Assembly (NCBI GenBank): GCA_025594325.1
Contig: JANHCV010000008.1
Coordinates: forward strand, 1,302,001-1,366,000
Length of the DNA stretch: 64,000 bases
Source of the DNA: Blastocladiella emersonii ATCC 22665
Taxonomy: Eukaryota > Fungi > Blastocladiomycota
Direction of reading: 5' to 3'
Shown here: piece after piece, positions 56,105 to 64,000 of the stretch
Layout: every line of letters starts with the position of its first letter
Numbering within the stretch: the first letter of the stretch is position 1
Made by a program: the position numbers and the translations under genes
Notes under the pieces: generated by a model
Told to the model about the DNA's origin: nothing
Databases searched by the model: none
What the model saw: only the letters and a program-made list of their open reading frames with translations

Positions 56105-56752
56105 ATGAACTCAAACGCACCGAACCCAACCAAGAGCAAAACAACTCGGCGCAACGCGCCCAAGCCAGCGTCCCGCACTGGTTCCGCTGCACCGTCCAGC
56201 GCCGCCGTCCCCACCATGTCCCGCGCCGAGGTGGCCGCGAAAATTGCGGCCCTCGACCGCGAGATTGAAAAGGCCAAGGCGCGCGCTCAGCGTGGGCGCA
56301 CCATGGACGAGATAATACCTGCGCTCACGAAGTTGACGCTGCTCACCCAGAAGAGAAACGAGCTTTTCCTCGCGACGCGCGACCGCGCGAGCGAGCCGCC
56401 TGAGCTGCGTGCGGAGCGCGACGCGTGGATCGCCGAGACCGAGGCGTGGAATGCCAAGCACCGCGGCGTGTTTGCGTTTGCGACGCGTTGGCAGAGGAGG
56501 AGGATAAGAAGAAGAAAAAAGGCAAGAATTGATGCGTTTGGGTGTCGCCTGAGGGTGGAAGGCATGGATCATACATGTTATCTATCACCCCTGACTTGGA
56601 CTCTGTGGTGTTCACCGCGCCGGGTAGGACTGTTGAGCTTCGTGATCAGATTACAGGACCTTATAATGATCAAGGACCTGCTTAAATTAATTGCAGACTA
56701 CACTCTGTGGCCTGCGGGGTGGAAGTTGCTGCCCCACGACGCGCCGCCTTGA
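56105..56752 (+). CDS. Small basic-N-terminus/coiled-coil protein (215 aa)
   Basis: MNSNAPNPTKSKTTRRNAPKP, Ala-rich linker, AEVAAKIAALDREIEKAK helix; N-terminus resembles 57011. Confidence 0.5.
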   Translation: MNSNAPNPTKSKTTRRNAPKPASRTGSAAPSSAAVPTMSRAEVAAKIAALDREIEKAKARAQRGRTMDEIIPALTKLTLLTQKRNELFLATRDRASEPPELRAERDAWIAETEAWNAKHRGVFAFATRWQRRRIRRRKKARIDAFGCRLRVEGMDHTCYLSPLTWTLWCSPRRVGLLSFVIRLQDLIMIKDLLKLIADYTLWPAGWKLLPHDAPP

Positions 56753-57010
56753 CCCCCCATCAAGGCCGCTACGCTCCACCCGCGTGCGCCACATCTACCA
56801 CGAAGACCATAGAAACTTTCCCCGTAAGCGGATCTCCGTCCATGCATACGTCCGCGACTGCCCGGCCCGGGGCGCGGCGGTCACCCGCACGCGGCATCAC
56901 GTGAGATGCACCCTGAAACGGCGATCGTTCGCCCGCCCTCGCTCGAGCCGAGAAGCGGCCCCGTGCGCCCCTTGCTCCCTCCGGCCCCTGAACCACACAC
57001 AGTTTTTGCC

Positions 57011-57454
57011 ATGGGATTCAACGCACAGAAGGTCGCCAACCGCAAGCGCACTAAGCGCAACGCGCCCACCAAGCCCGAGGCTACGGCTGAGCCCGTCGCC
57101 GCGGCGCCCAAGCCGGCGCTGTCGGTCCGCGAGGTGGTCGCGCGCCGCCGCGCCGCCCGCACCACCGAGGCCGCCAAGAACGGCGACCCCGCCGCGCTCC
57201 AGGCTATGCTCGCGCAGATCCAGGCCATGATGGCCAAGGGCCAGCCCGGCCGCGACGCCGCGGACGGCGAGGTTGACGCGGACGAGGACGCGGCGGCTGC
57301 CGAGCTCGACGCGATGCTCCTCAACGATATCGAGGCCGGCGAGGCGAAGCTTGCCATGGACAAGGTCCAGATCGAGAAGCTTGACCGTCTCGTCAAGGGC
57401 GAGGCTGACGAGGCCCAGGTCGCTGCCGAGGAGGGTACCGTCGCTGCCGAGTAA
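57011..57454 (+). CDS. Small basic/Ala-rich/acidic helical protein (147 aa)
   Basis: MGFNAQKVANRKRTKRNAPTKP; strongly biased codons; paralog at 59161. Confidence 0.7.
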   Translation: MGFNAQKVANRKRTKRNAPTKPEATAEPVAAAPKPALSVREVVARRRAARTTEAAKNGDPAALQAMLAQIQAMMAKGQPGRDAADGEVDADEDAAAAELDAMLLNDIEAGEAKLAMDKVQIEKLDRLVKGEADEAQVAAEEGTVAAE

Positions 57455-57790
57455 GTGCAGCGCGCGACGGTTGGTCGATCGGACGAGGAGACGTGTCATG
57501 TATCACCCCCACTGTATTGAATCGAATCTTGCATTGCTTCGACCTGAACATGGCTATCCATGTGCTCTGCGAGCGACTCCACACGTTCGCCGCCGCACAC
57601 ACATACGCGCGAATCTCAACAGGGCCCACGACTGAGGGTCCGTTCGGCATGCCGTTGCGACCGCGGCGCTTTGTTCGTGCCAAGTCGCGCGACCTGTGGT
57701 TGGGGCGGGTCGGTGCGTTGCGAGCAGCCTGACACCGCAGCTCCGCGCGTTCGCATTGCTGTCCGCTCTCACACGTCTCCCCAAGCGGCC

Positions 57791-57967
57791 ATGGGATTCA
57801 ACGTTCAGAAAGCCGCCGACTGCACACGCGCTCGCCGCAACCCGAACCTGAGTGCCTTCACCACACCGTCCACGACGGGCGGCCGTCAAGCGGCAAGACG
57901 GCGGAGCACGCGGCTTGCCACTCCCCGCGCGGTCACTCACGCATATCCATACACGCAGCTGCTCTGA
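57791..57967 (+). pseudogene. Degenerate copy of the MGFNAQK family
   Basis: GCCATGGGATTCAACGTTCAGAAAG start, MGFNVQKAADCTRARRN; ends after 58 aa. Confidence 0.55.
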
Positions 57968-58160
57968 GATGGACGTGCGTCGCCGAGAAGTTCTTGCGTC
58001 GAACTGGTCCCACCACTGCGAGACGCGTCGAAGCTTGCGACGCGTCCGTGATCACTGCGCACGTGGCTCGCCTTGTGTTATGGGGTATGCGTAAAGCGAT
58101 TCGACCAGCTTCTTCTCTCTCCTCTCTCTGAGCAACCGCTTTGTGCAACGCATACGTACC

Positions 58161-58685
58161 ATGAAGTCCAACGCACACAAGGCCGCCGCGACCCGCAAGC
58201 GCGTGCGCCGCATCCCGCGCCGTGCCGCCGCCGCGGCCGCGGCTGATGCGAGCGCGACCGCGGCCACGACGGGTGTCGCTGACGATTCGAGTACGCCCTC
58301 GGCCGCCAAGGGTGTCGCTGCTTCTCCGATCTCGGCCGCGGCCACGGCACCTGCCGCCGCCCCGCTCCACCAGCAGCACGCCGACGACGACGATGGGGCG
58401 GCGGCTTCGAGCGCGAACATCCCGCCGCCTGACGGCATGTCGGTGACGCTCCTCAAGGTCGTGGAGGGCGGCGAGCGGTCTCCGGGCTTCGAGGCCAGGG
58501 TGAATGCGCTCCTCACACAGTTTCAGGGCGAGCTGCAACCGCCGGGCCCGGACGCGTTGCCTGAGGAGATCGAGGCCTACGAGCAGCGGCTGCCGCGTAT
58601 CGAGTGCCGTGGCGACGCTGGCGGAGATGAAATTGACGGGATCAAGATTCGGGTGTTTATACTTGGCCAGACCCAGGATGAGTGA
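58161..58685 (+). CDS. Small basic/Ala-rich protein (174 aa)
   Basis: MKSNAHKAAATRKRVRRIPRR, Ala-rich linker, acidic helical C-terminal half. Confidence 0.55.
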   Translation: MKSNAHKAAATRKRVRRIPRRAAAAAAADASATAATTGVADDSSTPSAAKGVAASPISAAATAPAAAPLHQQHADDDDGAAASSANIPPPDGMSVTLLKVVEGGERSPGFEARVNALLTQFQGELQPPGPDALPEEIEAYEQRLPRIECRGDAGGDEIDGIKIRVFILGQTQDE

Positions 58686-58841
58686 GCGGCTGCTGGCGAA
58701 GTTGAAGACGGGATGGATGGTCAAGGTGTTCCCGTGCACTCGCTCGAGCGAGCGAAATACAGCGCAGCATTGCGTCCCGATCTCGAGCGCCGCGGCAAGA
58801 TCAGGCGAGCATCGCTGAGCGCGCGGACTACAAGCTTGTTG

Positions 58842-60377
58842 TCAATCCTCACGAACACACCCTGTATGACGCATGGAATATGCTCCCACCGAGTCTTGAG
58901 CCGCGAGAGAGCACATAGCGTGCAAGAAGCGGATCCGTGCATGATAGCGTGCATTTGACGTTCGTCCGTGCCGCCTCACGGCGCGACTCGCGGACTCAGC
59001 TTCGCCCCATCGCTCAAACAACATGCAGCTCTGGCTTCGCGAACTCTTAGGACCGTGCGCGTCGCTCACTGGCACGCCGACCCACGTGGCGGCCCAAGCA
59101 GGTTGAAACATCGACGAATCGCGCCACGCCGCTCTCTCTCCCCACACCTCACACTTTGCCATGGGATTCAACGCACAGAAAGTCGCCAACCGCAAACGCA
59201 CTAAGCGCAACGCGGTCACCAAGCCCGCCGCCGAGACGTCGCCCGTCGCGAGCGACAAGCCGGCCGCCGCTGCCATGTCGGCCCGCGAGGCCCTCGCCCG
59301 CCGCCGCGCCGCCGCGGCAACGGCCTCGACCGTGGCCCCCGGCATGACCGACATGCTGCAGAGCCTCCAGGACATGCTCGCGCAGGCGCACGCGACGCGC
59401 GACCCGAACGAGTCGGCCAAGGACAAGGCTGCCGGCGACGCTATGCTCGCGGAACTCGCGGCCAACATTGCGAAGGGGCAGGAGTACGTCGACCAGGCTA
59501 AGCGCGTCGAGCGGGCGGGGCGCGAGGCGGCAACGGGAGGCTCAGCCACGGACGCGTGGTGCGGGATTGTGAGAGTGGAGAAGCGCGCCGCCATGTCCGC
59601 CACGGTCAGGTTCGCGTCGCTGACCAGGTCGTGGAGCGAGTCCGAGGCGCGGCCCAGCGGCTCGTACAGCTTGTTGGAGAAGACGTGTTTGACCTGCCGC
59701 TCGCTCCCGATCGCGCGGTCGTCGATATCGATCACCTCGGCCAGCAGCGCGCGGTACTCGACAAAGAACTCGCCCACGGCACTCCCTGGCCGTGGTACGA
59801 GCGCGTGGAACCGGGCGACCCACTCGCGGTTCCAGTTCGGGTCGGCCGCATTCAAGAATACGCGCCGGGCCTCGGTCTCCAACGCCGTCTCGCGCAGAAA
59901 GATGGCGTACACGCTGTACAGCGGCTTTGGGACGTTGAACCGCGATAGGTACAGTGCCTGGGTGAGCGGAATCTTGGGGACCAGTCGTTGCAACGATTCG
60001 AGGAAATCCACTGGATTGCGCGCGACCGACATCCGTCGCGGCCCACTAATCCAGAGCAGCGGCGCCCGCTCCCGGATCAGCTGGAAGCAGCCCGTATCGT
60101 ATGAGCGGCGGAACGTGCCAGCGGGCTGCCGCGAGGCGCGCAGCGGGCCGGGGATGTGCGCCGCCGGTCGAGGAGAAACGTGGGCGAGGACTGTGTCCCG
60201 CTGAACCAACATGCGCTGTTGCTCGATCGAGTGGTAAAGCACGCCGAGCTCGTGAAGCACGGCCTCAAGCTCGGCCAGATTGGACGGTACCGGGTCGGGC
60301 GTAGGCGGGCGCTGCAAGCGAGCCGCAACCAGCAGCCGAATGCACTCGAGCCGAAGATCCATGGAGAGTCGCGTCAC
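58842..60377 (-). CDS. Gag-like subfamily D, truncated after the capsid-like domain; ORF runs on antisense to the 59161 gene
   Basis: RRSYDTGCFQLIRERAPLL..EARRVFLNAADPNWNREWVARFHAL..GSERQVKHVF matches 61511. Homology is lost near 59520. Confidence 0.7.
   Translation of the reverse strand: MTRLSMDLRLECIRLLVAARLQRPPTPDPVPSNLAELEAVLHELGVLYHSIEQQRMLVQRDTVLAHVSPRPAAHIPGPLRASRQPAGTFRRSYDTGCFQLIRERAPLLWISGPRRMSVARNPVDFLESLQRLVPKIPLTQALYLSRFNVPKPLYSVYAIFLRETALETEARRVFLNAADPNWNREWVARFHALVPRPGSAVGEFFVEYRALLAEVIDIDDRAIGSERQVKHVFSNKLYEPLGRASDSLHDLVSDANLTVADMAARFSTLTIPHHASVAEPPVAASRPARSTRLAWSTYSCPFAMLAASSASIASPAALSLADSFGSRVACACASMSWRLCSMSVMPGATVEAVAAAARRRARASRADMAAAAGLSLATGDVSAAGLVTALRLVRLRLATFCALNPMAKCEVWGERAAWRDSSMFQPAWAATWVGVPVSDAHGPKSSRSQSCMLFERWGEAESASRAVRRHGRTSNARYHARIRFLHAMCSLAAQDSVGAYSMRHTGCVRED
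59161..60204 (+). CDS. MGFNAQK-family protein whose 3' end is replaced by antisense Gag-like sequence
   Basis: First ~120 aa are paralogous to 57011. From ~59520 the frame reads the reverse complement of the subfamily D gene. Confidence 0.55.
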   Translation: MGFNAQKVANRKRTKRNAVTKPAAETSPVASDKPAAAAMSAREALARRRAAAATASTVAPGMTDMLQSLQDMLAQAHATRDPNESAKDKAAGDAMLAELAANIAKGQEYVDQAKRVERAGREAATGGSATDAWCGIVRVEKRAAMSATVRFASLTRSWSESEARPSGSYSLLEKTCLTCRSLPIARSSISITSASSARYSTKNSPTALPGRGTSAWNRATHSRFQFGSAAFKNTRRASVSNAVSRRKMAYTLYSGFGTLNRDRYSAWVSGILGTSRCNDSRKSTGLRATDIRRGPLIQSSGARSRISWKQPVSYERRNVPAGCREARSGPGMCAAGRGETWARTVSR

Positions 60378-60981
60378 GGCTTCGTGCAGGCGTAAGAGCT
60401 CAGTTTCGCTGGGCGGGAACGCGTTGGTAGCCGCGCAGAAGGAACTTAAATAGCCTATCAGGTCCGTTGCATGGAGTCTGTGGAGTGTTCATTGCGAGGG
60501 GAGTGGTATGCATGGTGTCGAAGTGGAGCGAGGATCGGCCGACGCGTAACGCTAAAGTGACGACCCGCGCCGCCGCGTCCGCCGCGATATAAGAACCGTG
60601 AGCCCTTGAAGCACAGTCGGGTATTAGCCATCGATAACAGCTTGCAAGCTAACCGGAGAGACGACAGGCGCCAGTTGCCCTTGAAGCGACAATCACTGGA
60701 GCTCCGCTGTTACAAGGCCTGCGTATGGCGAACTGGGCGTCATTTCAAGACTTCAGTCTCTACACACCGATGCACCCAGGTAGTGCAAGACGCGGATCGA
60801 CCCAAAGTGCTCCCGCCGAGACGAACGGACGGACCGCGCCGACGCGTCGTTCATGTCACGCGACTGCGCGCACGTGGCTGGCCGATCGCGCACCCGCTCA
60901 TGACGCGACTCGCTGCGCAGCCCTTTCGCTCCTCCGCGAACCGGCCACGCGCAACGTAACTATCATCCTGCAACCGACACC

Positions 60982-61422
60982 ATGGGCCGCAACCCCGAGA
61001 AGCTCGCCGCCAAGCAGCGCGCCCGTCAAAGCCGTCCCGCTGCCGCCGCTGTCCGCGGGGCCGCGCCGACCGCGGGTGCTTCTTCGACCGCCGCCGGACC
61101 CTCGACCACTCCCGCCACGGCTACCCCGCCGCCCCAGCCCAATGCCCAGACCTCGACCGCTGGCGCAAGCGAGGACGAGCTCGAGGCCATGCTCGCCGCT
61201 CAAGTCCGCGCCCTCAACGCCGCGTCGATCCCGCGTGGCGAGGCCGATGTGATCAAGTCGTTCGAGGCCCGCCGCACCCAGCTGCTCGCCACGCGCCCCG
61301 ACACGGACGAGGGTAAGATGCGCCAGATGCTCGCGCTCCGCGAGCTCGACACGGCCCAGTACGAGAGCATCCGCCGCTTCGAGGAGGTCAAGGCCGCGCT
61401 CAAGCGGGCGGGCGCGCTCTAA
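60982..61422 (+). CDS. Small basic/Ala-rich/helical protein (146 aa)
   Basis: MGRNPEKLAAKQRARQSRP, Ala/Thr/Pro linker, ELEAMLAAQVRAL..YESIRRFEEVKAALK. Confidence 0.65.
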   Translation: MGRNPEKLAAKQRARQSRPAAAAVRGAAPTAGASSTAAGPSTTPATATPPPQPNAQTSTAGASEDELEAMLAAQVRALNAASIPRGEADVIKSFEARRTQLLATRPDTDEGKMRQMLALRELDTAQYESIRRFEEVKAALKRAGAL

Positions 61423-61510
61423 GCACCGTGCAGCCGCGGAGTGGAGAAGGCGCAGAGTGCTTGTTGTTGTATCATTCGAGAGAACGCAAAATACAGCGAG
61501 ATCTTTCTAT

Positions 61511-63013
61511 TCAGCTCACCCACTCGCGTCTGACCGACACCGCGTGCCCTTCGAGCCAGATTTCTTGCACCAAGTTGAGCGCCCATGCCTCCGCCTTGAT
61601 TGGGAGCTCAAGCAGCGCCGCAACGACTTCGGGGCACTGGTCCACCTTGTCCCTGTCCCTTCCCCTCGGCAGATGGGCCCGGCTGCCCCTTGCGTTCCTG
61701 TACAGCCGGTCCATGAATCGCACCAGGTCGCTCGCGCTGCACTTGGCAGTCCAGACGTCGCGTGGGACCTCGACTCGCGCCAGATAGACCCCCTCGCCGA
61801 GCATCGTTCCAATGAGGCGCGTGCGCTGCAGCTTGCGGCATTCTTCGACCGCGTGCGTCCCAGCGCCGTGCTCGTGGTTCCGAATCGCGCGACAGAACGC
61901 GCATGGCTCCTTGCGGCCGGTTCGGCCCACGACTGGAGCCGTCGGTTTGGTACGTGCGCGTGAAGTGATTATGAGCGACGAGAAGCTGGCGGCCAAGTGC
62001 GCGAGGGTCTTGGACGGGTCGCCGATCATGTCGTAGAGCGGGTCGGACTCCCTGCTGGGCGTGTCGTAAATTTTATGAGTGAAAACGTGTTTGACTTGCC
62101 GCTCCGAGCCGATGACCGGGTCGTCGATATCAATCACCTCGGCCACGAGAGCGCGGAACTTGAGATAATAATCACCCACGGTGCTGCCGGGTCGCGGCTC
62201 GAGGGCGTGGAACCGCGCGACCCACTCGCGGTTCCAGTCCGGATCCGCCGCGTTCATGAACACGCGCCGCGCCTCCACATCGGTCGCGGTCTCGCGCAAA
62301 TAGATCGAGAAGACGTGGTACAGCGGTTTCGGTACGTTGAACCGCGACAAGTAAAGCGCTTGGCACAGCGGGATTTCGGGCGTGAGCGCCTGTAGCATTT
62401 TGAGGTACTCGGCCGCGTCGCGTGCTACGCGCATCCGCTTCGGACCGCGAATCCCAAGCAGCGGCGCTCGTTCGCGGATGACGTCAAAGTAGCCCGAGTC
62501 GTAGGAACGGCGGTGCGTGCCTAGCATGTGCGCAGGGACCGGTGTTGGGGCAAGTTCCGGCTGAGTCGAGTTTGCTGGTATGGTCCGAGTCAAGTCGTGT
62601 GCACGGCGCTGTGCTGTATCGCTGCACTCCTCGATAGAACGCCGGAGATTTTCCAGCTCACAAATGACGGCCGCAAGCTCGGTCAACCGCGACGAAGCAA
62701 GCTCGGATGAGCATCGTTGAAGGTGTAGCGTAAGCGATAGGTTGATGTGCTTGAGACGCAGTTCCATGGTCTGGCGGACCACGGCTTCAAGCAACTGGAC
62801 CAAACCTGCCTCGTCGGACGGCAACTCGCGCAAGGCGACGAATCGAGCAAGTGCGGGCGGCAAGTGGACGCCGTCGCGCGACAGAAAGGTAAATAGCCTT
62901 GAAGTTCCGTTGCATGGAGTACATGGCGATTTCATGGTCGTGGGAGTGGTGTTAAGGCCTCGAGGGGGAGAGAGAGGAGGCGCTCGGGACGGTGGCGAAA
63001 TGGGCTGCGCCAC
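61511..63013 (-). CDS. Gag-like protein, subfamily D (intact; start 63013 or 62935)
   Basis: MELRLKHINLSL helix; EARRVFMNAADPDWNREWVARFHALEPRPGSTVGDYYLKFRAL; CAFC-x12-H-x4-C; helical C-terminus ending LVQEIW. Confidence 0.75.
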   Translation of the reverse strand: MAQPISPPSRAPPLSPPRGLNTTPTTMKSPCTPCNGTSRLFTFLSRDGVHLPPALARFVALRELPSDEAGLVQLLEAVVRQTMELRLKHINLSLTLHLQRCSSELASSRLTELAAVICELENLRRSIEECSDTAQRRAHDLTRTIPANSTQPELAPTPVPAHMLGTHRRSYDSGYFDVIRERAPLLGIRGPKRMRVARDAAEYLKMLQALTPEIPLCQALYLSRFNVPKPLYHVFSIYLRETATDVEARRVFMNAADPDWNREWVARFHALEPRPGSTVGDYYLKFRALVAEVIDIDDPVIGSERQVKHVFTHKIYDTPSRESDPLYDMIGDPSKTLAHLAASFSSLIITSRARTKPTAPVVGRTGRKEPCAFCRAIRNHEHGAGTHAVEECRKLQRTRLIGTMLGEGVYLARVEVPRDVWTAKCSASDLVRFMDRLYRNARGSRAHLPRGRDRDKVDQCPEVVAALLELPIKAEAWALNLVQEIWLEGHAVSVRREWVS

Positions 63014-63198
63014 ACGACAAGAACGTGCGCCGAGGCATCACATGATTGTTTGACGCGTCTCACACGAGCAGTTCATCAATGCGGTCTGCCCTTTGCTATT
63101 CTCGCTCACTGTCTTCGCTTGCCTTCTACCCAACTGCTTCGCAACGTCGCGTCCGCACCCTGATGCCGCACCTCGGACGAAAACGCTCGCTGAACCGA

Positions 63199-63366
63199 TC
63201 AACGACAAGGCTGCCATATAAGAAGCGCGAGGAGTTCTGTCTCACAGTCTGGCCGCTTTCGTGAGACAGCGAATAGGCTGAGAGCTGGCGCCAGACCGTC
63301 TCCGTTGAACATGAGAAGTGTAAATAGCTCCATGGGTCTGTTGAATGGAGTGCAGGGCGATTTCAT
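63199..63366 (-). pseudogene. 5' fragment of subfamily D gene
   Basis: MKSPCTPFNRPMELFTLLMFNGDGLAPALSLF matches MKSPCTPCNGTSRLFTFLSRDGVHLPPALARF. Confidence 0.65.
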
Positions 63367-63534
63367 AGCGACAGGATTGGCCTCACACCACCAAAAAGAG
63401 TCGAGAGTCCCCGAGCTCGGGTCGCTCATAGTTTGTCACATGATTCCTCGGCGCGTCAGCTCCGTTCGGCTGACCCCATCGAACGTGGCACTTCTCGCAG
63501 GCGTGATACTGCGATGAAGTCTATTTCAGCCCGC

Positions 63535-64000
63535 CTACACATCGAACAGCAGACCGCGCTTGGTCAGTACCGCCCTTGCCTCGTGCCAGACATCCAGCAC
63601 TGACTTGAGCGCCCACGCCTCTTCCTCCTTCAGCACGACAAGCAACGCGCCAAGTATTTCGGTGCACTGCTCGACCTTGAGCCTGTCGTTATTCGTCGAC
63701 AGACGGCGCCAGCACGCGCCGACGTTGTCGCGCAAGCGATTGATACTGTGAATCAGCTCCTTGGCCGTGCAATTGGCCGGCAACACGGTACACGCGCTCT
63801 CGGCACGCGCAACTTGGATCCCCTCGGCAAGCATCTTACCATAATTTTGGACGCGCTGATGCAGCTTTTTGCACTCGTGGGATGTGTGCGTCGCGGCCCC
63901 GTGCGCGTCGTGCTTGATGGATCGGCAGAAGGAACACCGATCCTTGCCACTGACGTTCTTGTGCAGGGCGCGCGATGTGTCTGCGGTCGGAAGTGGCGCC
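63535..64000 (-). CDS. Gag-like subfamily D, 3' part (gene begins beyond window end)
   Basis: Manual translation: KDRCSFCRSIKHDAHGAATHTSHECKKL..GKMLAEG..KVEQCTEILGALL..EAWALKSVLDVW, paralogous to 61511. Confidence 0.75.
   Translation of the reverse strand, partial: APLPTADTSRALHKNVSGKDRCSFCRSIKHDAHGAATHTSHECKKLHQRVQNYGKMLAEGIQVARAESACTVLPANCTAKELIHSINRLRDNVGACWRRLSTNNDRLKVEQCTEILGALLVVLKEEEAWALKSVLDVWHEARAVLTKRGLLFDV

Noticed and set aside
1-64000. Intact LTR or DIRS retrotransposon as the source of the Gag-like ORFs
   Set aside because: No RT (YxDD), aspartic protease, integrase, tyrosine recombinase or paired LTRs seen; copies are tandem, diverged and on both strands.
1-64000. rRNA, tRNA or other structured ncRNA genes
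   Set aside because: None recognisable by eye; tRNAscan-SE and Infernal would be needed to exclude them.

Overview
Eukaryotic, GC-rich DNA with short (~55-66 nt) spliceosomal introns, most likely from an early-diverging fungus (Blastocladiomycota-like; inferred from intron style and a GxxxxxxWW-type ankyrin-like domain). A very GC-rich block of ordinary host genes (ATM1, an IKS1-type kinase, tandem SSH4-like SPRY adaptors; ~45-55.6 kb) is flanked by two accessory, birth-and-death regions (1-44.7 kb and 56-64 kb). The dominant feature of these regions is an array of about 20 intact, truncated or disrupted intronless genes in four divergent subfamilies. They share an N-terminal helix, a retrotransposon Gag/capsid-like domain, an RS-rich tract (subfamilies A-C), an elongated CX2CX12-15HX4C zinc knuckle and an extra C-terminal helical domain. 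No protease, RT, integrase or LTR was seen. Interleaved are F-box-like genes, an ankyrin-like+LRR gene, a hidden MLKL-like helical domain-pseudokinase-LRR fusion gene, an inactive Ulp1-like gene and a family of small basic/Ala-rich proteins. Many of these unrelated genes share the same upstream motifs: a 10-bp-periodic ATG(A/T/C)AAC repeat and an E-box+ACGCGT composite. A 4-kb TIR DNA transposon (14-bp TIRs, 2-bp TSD, subterminal repeats, Plavaka/CMC-like transposase remnant) splits one Gag-like gene. All family assignments are by eye and need HMM or structure confirmation.
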